Shown piece by piece: positions 8,762-15,462 of a DNA stretch of 32,000 bases (positions within the stretch are counted from its first letter, which is position 1; each line of letters starts with the position of its first letter). Below the pieces are notes generated by a model. It was not told where the DNA came from. It ran no database searches and saw only the letters and a list, made by a program, of their open reading frames with translations. The translations under genes were made by a program, and so were the position numbers. Location: NCBI GenBank assembly GCA_965219535.1, contig CBDCNV010000002.1, positions 1,170,001-1,202,000 of the forward strand. The letters run 5' to 3'. The DNA is from Opitutales bacterium (GTDB lineage Bacteria > Verrucomicrobiota > Verrucomicrobiia > Opitutales > PNEW01).

Positions 8762-9115
8762 TTATGCATCATCTAGTGTTTGGGACATTTTAACAAATAT
8801 GCTCACTATCTGATTAGCTTCATCGAGTACTGATTGTACAATGAAATTATCCCTAAAGCCTTTCTTTTTGTTAATTACTCGCAAACATACATGGCTCTCA
8901 CGAGCTTCTTTGAGAACTACTTTGATTTTATGCTTAAAATCTTTTCTTGATTCCGCTCCTTGTGCTTCCGCGTAGTTCAATGCCATAGAAGAAGAAGATC
9001 TTATCAGTTGTCCACCAAGATGCTTACCAGCTGGTGAACTGGGCAATTTTTCAGCCAAATCTATAGCTGAAACGGTAAAATCAATAAGCTTTTGTTCGAG
9101 TTTATTATTATCCAT
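8762..9115 (-). CDS. Four-helix-bundle protein (23S rRNA intervening-sequence protein family, TIGR02436/PF05635-like)
   Basis: The 117-aa ORF contains LGGQLIRSSSSMALNYAEAQGAESRKDFKHKIKVVLKEARESHVCLRVI, matching the family signature Q-l-x-R-s-x-x-S-i-x-x-N-x-a-E-g...kdf...a-x-x-S-x-x-E. Confidence 0.85.
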   Translation of the reverse strand: MDNNKLEQKLIDFTVSAIDLAEKLPSSPAGKHLGGQLIRSSSSMALNYAEAQGAESRKDFKHKIKVVLKEARESHVCLRVINKKKGFRDNFIVQSVLDEANQIVSIFVKMSQTLDDA

Positions 9116-9230
9116 TTATATACGACTTTTATTCGAAGCTACTGCCTATAATATCAAAAACGTGCCATCCGGTTTTCAGGATGTTTAAATTTTATCATAT
9201 ATTGTATATCGTAATTTGGACAACGTCCTT

Positions 9231-9340
9231 AATGATGTAAAACGAATGATGTCAGATGTCCGATGTCAGATGTTTGATGTTTGAGGTGTATGAACAACAT
9301 CCTACATCGCACATCTCACATCAAAGATCGCACATCGAAC
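9231..9340. repeat. Imperfect long palindrome made of a GATGT-word array (9231..9288) and an ACATC-word array (9298..9340)
   Basis: The left arm is aatgatgtaaaacgaatgatgtcagatgtccgatgtcagatgtttgatgtttgaggtg. The right arm is acatcctacatcgcacatctcacatcaaagatcgcacatcgaac. More GATGT words lie at 8695..8714 on the other side of the 4HB gene. Confidence 0.85.
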
Positions 9341-9379
9341 CCCCGACCCCTGAACCCTGAACCCCGAACCCTGAACCCT
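9341..9379. repeat. Degenerate TGAACCC-type array (ccccgacccctgaaccctgaaccccgaaccctgaaccct)
   Basis: Read directly. It contains six C3-4 tracts. Confidence 0.9.
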
Positions 9380-9380
9380 A

Positions 9381-9410
9381 CCTGTCGGCCATAGTCTTGG
9401 TGACGGCTAG
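9381..9410 (-). repeat. GGCTAYG-core relative (cctgtcggccatagtcttggtgacggctag)
   Basis: It aligns with 31409..31440 (cctgtccgtcatagccttggcgacggctgatc) and with the reverse complement of 14300..14326. Confidence 0.7.
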
Positions 9411-9494
9411 TGGCAATTCTTCTTTTTTAAGTTTGAATGGGAAATGGGTTTTTCTCATTTTAAAATCATTGGCATTAAATAATTATAAGTAGAT

Positions 9495-10796
9495 ATGAGA
9501 ATCGATGAATACAGGAAGAATCATTGTTTAAGCGTTCCCACTTCGAGGAGAGGTTTTATTAAAAAAAGCTTATGGGCCGCGCTAAGCGCGACGATAGGAT
9601 CACAATTCGTGTTATCACCCAAGGTCCAGGCAATGAATACTTCTTTAGCCTTTGCCGGTACTAGTGAAGCATTAACCTTGAAGGGGAAACATCCCGGGCT
9701 GACTATTTTAAATAATAGACCGTGGAATGCGGAAACACCCGCGCACCTTTTAGATGATGAGATAACACCCGCGGATAAATTATTTATTAGAAATAATGGG
9801 CTCGCACCTGCCCAGATTGATGTCGATAACTGGACTTTAACGATCGGTGGAGAGTCGGTAAAAAATAATAAAGTTCTTACATTAAATGAATTAAAATCAA
9901 ATTTCACACATCACACTTATCAATTGACTTTAGAATGCGGGGGGAACGGGCGCAGCGAATTCAACCCTCCCGCAAAAGGCAATCAATGGACGACCGGGGC
10001 GGTGGGCTGTCCCAAGTGGACAGGAGTGAGATTACGAGATGTATTGGATTACGCGGGCATTAAAGACGATGCGGTATATATCGGTTATTATGGCGCAGAC
10101 ACCCATTTAAGCGGAGATCCGAATAAAGATCCCATCTCTCGGGGAGTGCCAATGTCCAAGGCGCTCGAGGATGAATCGCTCATTGCCTGGTCGATGAACG
10201 GGGATGACCTGCCCCTGATGAACGGGTATCCTTTGCGATTAATTTTTGGCGGTTGGCCCGGATCGACATCAGGAAAATGGTTGGAGCAGATTGATATTAG
10301 AAACAAGGTCCATGACGGCACAAAAATGGGGGGCTATTCCTACCGTGTGCCTCGCTATCCGGTCGCACCTGGAACTGAAGTACCGAAAGAGGATATGCGT
10401 ATCATTGAATCGATGCCGGTTAAATCGCTTATAACCTATCCCCGAACGGGCTCGATTATCAATAAAGGCAAAGCGATAACAGTAAGAGGGCATGCCTGGG
10501 CTGGAGACTTTGAAGTGGCGGCTATGCATCTGTCCATAGACTATGGCGCTACCTGGCAGGTATGTGATTTAAAATCACCAATCAATCGCTTCGCCTGGCA
10601 ACATTTTCAAACTGAGATTCTACCAAATGGTAAAGGTTACTACGAAGTTTGGGCAAGAGCAACAGATAGTAGAGGAGTGATGCAACCGATAGTCCTGCCC
10701 GGTTGGAATCCTAAAGGTTACTTGAACAATGCCTGTCATCGAATTGCGCTCAAAGTAGTCGATCCGAAGAGTAAATTAAGTTCACCCCAAACATGA
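9495..10796 (+). CDS. Sulfite-oxidase-family molybdopterin oxidoreductase (SorA-like sulfite dehydrogenase), Tat-exported
   Basis: It has a twin-arginine signal (TSRRGFIKKSLWAALSA), the Mo-ligand cysteine context LTLECGGNGRSEF, and a C-terminal dimerisation-domain-like region. Size is 433 aa. Confidence 0.85.
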   Translation: MRIDEYRKNHCLSVPTSRRGFIKKSLWAALSATIGSQFVLSPKVQAMNTSLAFAGTSEALTLKGKHPGLTILNNRPWNAETPAHLLDDEITPADKLFIRNNGLAPAQIDVDNWTLTIGGESVKNNKVLTLNELKSNFTHHTYQLTLECGGNGRSEFNPPAKGNQWTTGAVGCPKWTGVRLRDVLDYAGIKDDAVYIGYYGADTHLSGDPNKDPISRGVPMSKALEDESLIAWSMNGDDLPLMNGYPLRLIFGGWPGSTSGKWLEQIDIRNKVHDGTKMGGYSYRVPRYPVAPGTEVPKEDMRIIESMPVKSLITYPRTGSIINKGKAITVRGHAWAGDFEVAAMHLSIDYGATWQVCDLKSPINRFAWQHFQTEILPNGKGYYEVWARATDSRGVMQPIVLPGWNPKGYLNNACHRIALKVVDPKSKLSSPQT

Positions 10797-10805
10797 TAAG
10801 CAACG

Positions 10806-11276
10806 ATGCGTAAAACTAAGCTATTGTTCGGTACATTAATTGTTGTTGCGATCATTTTCTCAAACGGTGTTTTTTTAATTAATTTATTTCAACAGCCCCT
10901 CACCGATAAAAATAGTACAAGCTCCCCCCCACCTGGAGAAAACAAAGTGTTGATCGTTAACACAAGTACCTCACCAGTGATGGAACAAGCAGAACCAAGG
11001 GTTGATGAAACTACCGGTTTTATAATCGATGCAGGTTTCGAAGAAGTCACGGCGAACTGCATGGGATGTCATTCTCCTCTCCTCGTTACACAAAATCGGG
11101 CTACGCGAGATGGATGGTTAAGTACCATCCGGTGGATGCAGGAAACGCAGAATTTTTGGGACCTGGGTGATAATGAAACTATTATCCTGGATTACCTGGC
11201 CAGAAATTATTCACCTCCCGAGGGTATCGGCAGAAGGGCAAACTTGAAAAATATCCAGTGGGCAGCACTTGAATAG
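10806..11276 (+). CDS. Membrane-anchored monoheme c-type cytochrome (SorB-like electron acceptor)
   Basis: It has an N-terminal TM helix (LLFGTLIVVAIIFSNGVFLINLF) and a single CxxCH motif (ANCMGCHS). It lies 10 nt downstream of the SorA-like gene. Confidence 0.7.
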   Translation: MRKTKLLFGTLIVVAIIFSNGVFLINLFQQPLTDKNSTSSPPPGENKVLIVNTSTSPVMEQAEPRVDETTGFIIDAGFEEVTANCMGCHSPLLVTQNRATRDGWLSTIRWMQETQNFWDLGDNETIILDYLARNYSPPEGIGRRANLKNIQWAALE

Positions 11277-11327
11277 AGTCAAAAAATTGAGGATAATTAA
11301 GTTATAGATGCAGATTGGGAAAAGAAA

Positions 11328-11348
11328 AAACCGCGGATGGACGCGGAT
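11328..11348. repeat. Left copy of a perfect 21-nt inverted repeat (aaaccgcggatggacgcggat)
   Basis: This is the exact reverse complement of 14236..14256. Confidence 0.95.
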
Positions 11349-11381
11349 ATACACGGATAAAATATAATGAGAAAGTTTAGG

Positions 11382-11464
11382 AATTTGGAACTCAGGAAAT
11401 CAGGAAAAGAGTAGAGAATATTACAAAGTTTAATATGATTGAACCGCAAAGACGCTGAGGTCGC
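11382..11464 (+). repeat. ~85-nt direct repeat, copy 1 (aatttggaact..caggaaat..agaatattacaa..aatatgattgaaccgcaaag..gctgag.tcgc)
   Basis: It aligns with 14085..14172, with small word-sized indels. Confidence 0.85.
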
Positions 11465-11473
11465 AGAGAATAG

Positions 11474-11602
11474 GATTTAGAATTGAAGAATTGCGGTGCT
11501 TAATCGCAATGTAATCCCACCCGCGTCTGCGGGAGGGATTGACAAAGCTCAGGTAATCCTGAGCTATTGAGATTAAGCACCGCAATTCTCAAATTCTAAA
11601 TC
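11474..11602. other. 129-nt structured palindromic element: ~32-bp outer stem enclosing two internal hairpins
   Basis: The outer arms are gatttagaattgaagaattgcggtgcttaatc (11474..11505) and gattaagcaccgcaattctcaaattctaaatc (11571..11602). The inner hairpins are aatccc-ac-ccgc-gtct-gcgg-ga-gggatt and gctcagg-taat-cctgagc. Confidence 0.8.
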
Positions 11603-11626
11603 AACATCCGCGCTTATCCGCGTAAT

Positions 11627-11662
11627 TGGAAGATGTCGTCCCGCAGCTGCGGGACTCGGTAG
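11627..11662 (+). repeat. TGGAAGATGTCG-hairpin-TCGGTAG motif (tggaagatgtcgtcccgcagctgcgggactcggtag)
   Basis: The same motif occurs at 15363..15398 and 28893..28928. The hairpin is GTCCCGC-AGCT-GCGGGAC. Confidence 0.92.
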
Positions 11663-11800
11663 CCGCAGTCGGCTGATAGCCTCCCTCGCAATGACAATTG
11701 AGACAATGACGAAGACGGTGATTCATTTGATCAGCCCTGTAAGGGCGATACAATCTTAGCCCATTGCGTCAGCAATGGGTAATAGAGGCGCTCAATTCCC

Positions 11801-11867
11801 AAAGCCCCAGCGGGGCGACACAAGTACAGTTGGTAGATTTGTTGTGTCGCTCCGCTGGGGCTTTTTT
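11801..11867 (+). terminator. Terminator-like long hairpin (22-bp stem, 1 mismatch) followed by T6
   Basis: The arms are aaagccccagcggggcgacacaa (11801..11823) and ttgtgtcgctccgctggggcttt (11842..11864), followed by a T run extending to 11867. It lies ~525 nt downstream of the nearest + strand stop codon, so what it would terminate is unclear. Confidence 0.45.
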
Positions 11868-12005
11868 ATTAAACGATTAATTCTCCCACAGCTTACGCTG
11901 TGGGCTATGGTTGCTACACCCCTCTGGGGTGGAAAGCTTTGACCAAAACCCATGAACTCTGAACCCCGCCCACCCTGAGTGTAGTCGATGGGAACCCCGA
12001 ACCTA

Positions 12006-12053
12006 TTGACTTTTTGACATTTAACTTTCGACTTTTGACCTTCGACTTTCGAC
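12006..12053. repeat. CTTT(T/C)GAC word array (ttgactttttgacatttaactttcgacttttgaccttcgactttcgac)
   Basis: Read directly. It belongs to the same word family as 14195..14221, 18389..18408 and 20222..20253. Confidence 0.9.
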
Positions 12054-12142
12054 AATTCTCTTAAACCCATTTCCTTTTTAACCTATCATGCCACGCCATA
12101 GCTCGATAGAGCGACAGCGGGTGACCTTTTGACAAAAAAACC

Positions 12143-12961
12143 ATGAATCTAGAAAACATGCAGGAAGAGCGCCCGGAATGGATTAACTACCATGAAGGGA
12201 ATTTTGAAATCAAAGATTCGAAGATTATATTGCGGTCTTCCCAGTCAGGGCCTCCGGCTATCGCTAAACTTGCTTATGCGGGATGTTCTACGGGTAATAA
12301 AATTTTCAATCCGGGACTGAAGGGGACTAATAGTATTGAGGCCACCCTCTTAGACTATGGCGCTGAAGGCAATTATCTTGTCAAAGAGGGGAAGATTATG
12401 GAGTTCGAAGATCCCAGTGGTAAGAGCTTTCGCTCAGTTGCCGGTAACTATCAAAGGGGGTGGGGGATTTCGATTTCCAACTACCATTACCTTGTTACTT
12501 CTAAAAAAGAAACCGATCGCGGGGTGCAGGTTCATTTTGACTGGTGGGAAAATCTTGGGCTGACTTTTTGGATGGTTCGTGATGTCTTACCTGAAGACAG
12601 AGAGAAATATCCCAGTTGGGTGCCCCATAGACAAACCCCGGAGGAGGTATTTGAAATGGGAAAGAAGGGTCCCGTTATTACCCCAGTTGTGAACAAGCTT
12701 GGCATGCGCTGGTTCCCTCCCACCGATAAGATGAAGACACCTGTCGGGCATCGCTACGGACTCGTTTTAACGGACGATGGTAATACGGTCTACTGGACAC
12801 TGGACGGAAACGAGATGGATCGGGCGGATATTACTGGTTTTTTCAGTTCTTATCCGGATGCCGTTAAGGATGGTGCATTTGCAACGATGGGGGGGAATGG
12901 TTCTTATGAACGAAATCACTGGATCGCCGGGGATGTAAGCATTCGTCGTAGTACTTCTTAA
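12143..12961 (+). CDS. Hypothetical protein (272 aa; possibly a beta-sandwich/jelly-roll fold, unassigned)
   Basis: A long ORF with coding-like composition and no signal peptide. I do not recognise a family motif. Confidence 0.6.
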   Translation: MNLENMQEERPEWINYHEGNFEIKDSKIILRSSQSGPPAIAKLAYAGCSTGNKIFNPGLKGTNSIEATLLDYGAEGNYLVKEGKIMEFEDPSGKSFRSVAGNYQRGWGISISNYHYLVTSKKETDRGVQVHFDWWENLGLTFWMVRDVLPEDREKYPSWVPHRQTPEEVFEMGKKGPVITPVVNKLGMRWFPPTDKMKTPVGHRYGLVLTDDGNTVYWTLDGNEMDRADITGFFSSYPDAVKDGAFATMGGNGSYERNHWIAGDVSIRRSTS

Positions 12962-12986
12962 AAATGTTTGAAAGTAAATAGTCGTT

Positions 12987-14084
12987 GTGTCGTCTAAAAA
13001 TAAATTAACCTCTGATCAAAAAAACAGTATGAATTTATCCGATGCTGAGATTCTAAAGCAGAATGAGAAATTGCAGGCCACAATGCTTGAGGAAAGTGAG
13101 GCATGGATGGTCTCCGAATGTAAGCGAATACTGGGAAAAAATTCAGAGTGGGAGAGAGACTATGGCTCCGCAAGTGCTTACGATAAAAGTATGGATCTCT
13201 ATAGAGAGCACTGGCGGGACACGATAGGAGAGATAAAATGTGAAAGTGAATTTCATCCGGAAACGGAACCCTTTTTTGAAGATGAAATTTCGGTAGCAGA
13301 ATGGATATCGATTAATCTCTTTCCGGAATTGAAAGCAAAAGCGGTGTTGGCTCTGCCGAAAAATAAGCCCGGTCCATTACCACTCGTTGTTGCACTGCAT
13401 GGGATGCTGGGATCACCCTCCGTGGTGTTTGGATTTAAAGATTCGCAAGAAGCCGCCTATCATGGTTATGGGAGAGAGCTTTTAAAAAATGGGTTTGCGG
13501 TCTTGGCGCCGGCAAGCATTAACGAATCCACTCCCCGGATCAGAGTGCATCGATTGAGTATGCTCGTGGGCAGTTCAATTACCGGTCTGGAGGTGGGAAA
13601 AATAAGAAGATTGTTGGATTATGTTTCAGGTCTGCCCGAGATTGATGAGGAGCGAATAGGGATGTGGGGAATATCACTGGGTGGACTCTACACGATGTGC
13701 ATAGCTGCTTTGGACAAAAGGATAAAGGCGGCGATCATGTGCGCGTTCTTTATGGACCGCTTAGAAAAAATTACTGTCGAGTCGCCACACTACGGTAGTT
13801 GGTTTCTCCCTCATGAAGAACACCTGCTCATACCGGGTTGGTTTAAAGGTGGATTCACAGATGCCAACCTCTTAAGCATGGTCTGTCCCCGAGCGCTGCA
13901 GATAGCAGAAGGTAAAAAAGATTCCACCAGCTGGTGGCCCTTGCAGGAAAAGGAATTTCAAAAATTATACCAACACTATGACAAGCTCGGTGTGAAGGAG
14001 AATGTAGAATTCCTCTGCCACGAAGGAACGCATGAAGTAGTCATCGAACCCGGACTGCGGTTTTTGGAAAAATGGTTGAGGTGA
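12987..14084 (+). CDS. Alpha/beta-hydrolase-fold esterase (acetyl-xylan-esterase / Abhydrolase_7-like)
   Basis: It has the nucleophile elbow GMWGISLGGLY (G-x-S-x-G), an oxyanion region LPLVVALHGMLG, and a late His in CHEGTHEV. The listed start is GTG 12987; ATG 13028 is an alternative. Confidence 0.75.
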   Translation: MSSKNKLTSDQKNSMNLSDAEILKQNEKLQATMLEESEAWMVSECKRILGKNSEWERDYGSASAYDKSMDLYREHWRDTIGEIKCESEFHPETEPFFEDEISVAEWISINLFPELKAKAVLALPKNKPGPLPLVVALHGMLGSPSVVFGFKDSQEAAYHGYGRELLKNGFAVLAPASINESTPRIRVHRLSMLVGSSITGLEVGKIRRLLDYVSGLPEIDEERIGMWGISLGGLYTMCIAALDKRIKAAIMCAFFMDRLEKITVESPHYGSWFLPHEEHLLIPGWFKGGFTDANLLSMVCPRALQIAEGKKDSTSWWPLQEKEFQKLYQHYDKLGVKENVEFLCHEGTHEVVIEPGLRFLEKWLR

Positions 14085-14172
14085 AATTTGGAACTAATGA
14101 ACTCAGGAAATAAAGAAGAGAATATTACAAGTAGAATATGATTGAACCGCAAAGTGGCTGAGATCGCTTCGC
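14085..14172 (+). repeat. ~85-nt direct repeat, copy 2
   Basis: It starts immediately after the hydrolase TGA (14082..14084) and aligns with 11382..11464. Confidence 0.85.
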
Positions 14173-14194
14173 TCGGGTAAGGGTTATTTCCTCA

Positions 14195-14221
14195 TTCGAC
14201 TTTCGACCTTTGACTTTAGAC
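14195..14221. repeat. CTTTCGAC/CTTTGAC word array (ttcgactttcgacctttgactttagac)
   Basis: Read directly. Confidence 0.85.
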
Positions 14222-14235
14222 TCCTCTAAAATAAA

Positions 14236-14256
14236 ATCCGCGTCCATCCGCGGTTT
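14236..14256. repeat. Right copy of the perfect 21-nt inverted repeat (atccgcgtccatccgcggttt)
   Basis: This is the exact reverse complement of 11328..11348. Confidence 0.95.
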
Positions 14257-14299
14257 ATTCTTTCCACATTACCGTATACAAGCATTTGCGGATGTCTAT

Positions 14300-14326
14300 C
14301 CGTCTCTCGAGGCTATGGGCGACAGG
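14300..14326 (+). repeat. GGCTAYG-core relative (ccgtctctcgaggctatgggcgacagg)
   Basis: Its reverse complement aligns with 9381..9410 and 31409..31440. It shares TCG.GGCTAYG...ACAGG with the 21332-type copies. Confidence 0.6.
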
Positions 14327-14413
14327 CGGACTTTGCCTGGGTACGCTTTCACGTATAAGCACATTGTCATTTTACCCTCCGCTGGAGGTGACGGGATAAA
14401 AATCAATGAAGTG

Positions 14414-15205
14414 TCAACTTTCTGCGATTGCAAAAGGCGAAGGACCCTTAATTAATTCCATTTGCCGGGGAGTAGCTCTCTCTTCAAATCCTTCCGCGGT
14501 ATCTACTAATTTTCCCCATGGCGTTTGAAAAGTCGGGGCATAAGATATAAAAAATGTCCGGCGTGTCTTGTTGCTCTGGTTAATCAACGCTCCATGAGTA
14601 AGGTCTTCCGAAAAAAGTACGGCATCCCCTGCTTTACAGGGACAGGTTTCAATTAATGGATGATTCTCATCGGGAACGCTACCGCTATACGGATTATCAA
14701 AATTACTCTTATGGCTTCCAGGAATGACCACGAATGAGCCTTCTTCTTCGGAGACATCCGTTAAGGCATAGGCCACCTTCACACTGACACAATTAAACTG
14801 TCCGTCTTCGATGGCAAATTCACTATAAGCCAAAAGCTCTGCGTAGCCATGATGTAATGGGCTGTATTTTCCCTGTTTTCTTGAGAAAAATGAATAGGCA
14901 TCGAGCCGAACGGGTTCGCTGATCATGACTTCGATATAGGGAAGTGTATTTGGACAGTCGATCATCTTCTCAAATGACCCGCCCATGGGTAAAGGGTTAC
15001 AACCATAAGTGTCTAGCGTTACATCGTAATTTTCCTTCGTGTCATTGTACTGTCGAATTACTCCTCTTGCCGTCACTTCCTCGTTGGTAAGTGTTTCCAT
15101 GAAATCGATCTCTTCATTTAAACTTTTTACCAGATCTTCTGGCAGCGCTTGCCGAATGACAAGGTACCCTTTCAAATCAAATATATATTTTTCTTCTGGA
15201 GTCAT
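14414..15205 (-). CDS. Phytanoyl-CoA dioxygenase (PhyH) family Fe(II)/2-oxoglutarate oxygenase
   Basis: It has a PhyH-type N-terminus (FDLKGYLVIRQALPEDLVKSLNEEID), FVVIPGSHKSNF, and a distal His in DLTHGALIN. Confidence 0.75.
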   Translation of the reverse strand: MTPEEKYIFDLKGYLVIRQALPEDLVKSLNEEIDFMETLTNEEVTARGVIRQYNDTKENYDVTLDTYGCNPLPMGGSFEKMIDCPNTLPYIEVMISEPVRLDAYSFFSRKQGKYSPLHHGYAELLAYSEFAIEDGQFNCVSVKVAYALTDVSEEEGSFVVIPGSHKSNFDNPYSGSVPDENHPLIETCPCKAGDAVLFSEDLTHGALINQSNKTRRTFFISYAPTFQTPWGKLVDTAEGFEERATPRQMELIKGPSPFAIAES

Positions 15206-15362
15206 TTTAGTATGATTCTTAGAGTTTTATATTCAAGACGATCATTTCCTTGATCGTGGAGAATATCTTATTTATTTGATTTGTAAAGTTCATCCCACTT
15301 TAACTCTATGTTGTCATTAAAATTTAATTGGTAATCCTATCCCCTTAATCTTTATGCGTTTT

Positions 15363-15398
15363 TGGAAGAAGTCGTCCCGCAGCTACGGGACTCGGTAG
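15363..15398 (+). repeat. TGGAAGA(A/T)GTCG-hairpin-TCGGTAG motif (tggaagaagtcgtcccgcagctacgggactcggtag)
   Basis: It starts exactly 100 nt upstream of the FG-GAP gene ATG (15463). Confidence 0.9.
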
Positions 15399-15462
15399 TG
15401 TTTCTTGTGACTATTCTTCATATGAATGTATAGCTATTATACGAATCAATCAAGGTTATAAA

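Noticed and set aside
8762-9115. Four-helix-bundle genes as Avd components of a diversity-generating retroelement
   Set aside because: No reverse transcriptase gene and no template/variable repeat pair are present near either copy.
9341-9379. GGGTTCA arrays as true telomeres or evidence of a linear replicon or eukaryotic contamination
   Set aside because: The arrays are short, interstitial and in both orientations. They sit between densely packed, typical bacterial operons.
9116-9494. Molybdenum-cofactor riboswitch upstream of the SorA-like gene
   Set aside because: I could not recognise the conserved Moco-motif features. The region is explained by the GATGT/ACATC and TGAACCC repeats. An Rfam scan would be needed to exclude it formally.
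11277-12142. tRNA, tmRNA or other canonical RNA gene in the large non-coding gap
   Set aside because: No cloverleaf-compatible arrangement and no T-loop GTTCGAATC-type box was seen. The hairpins are isolated palindromes.
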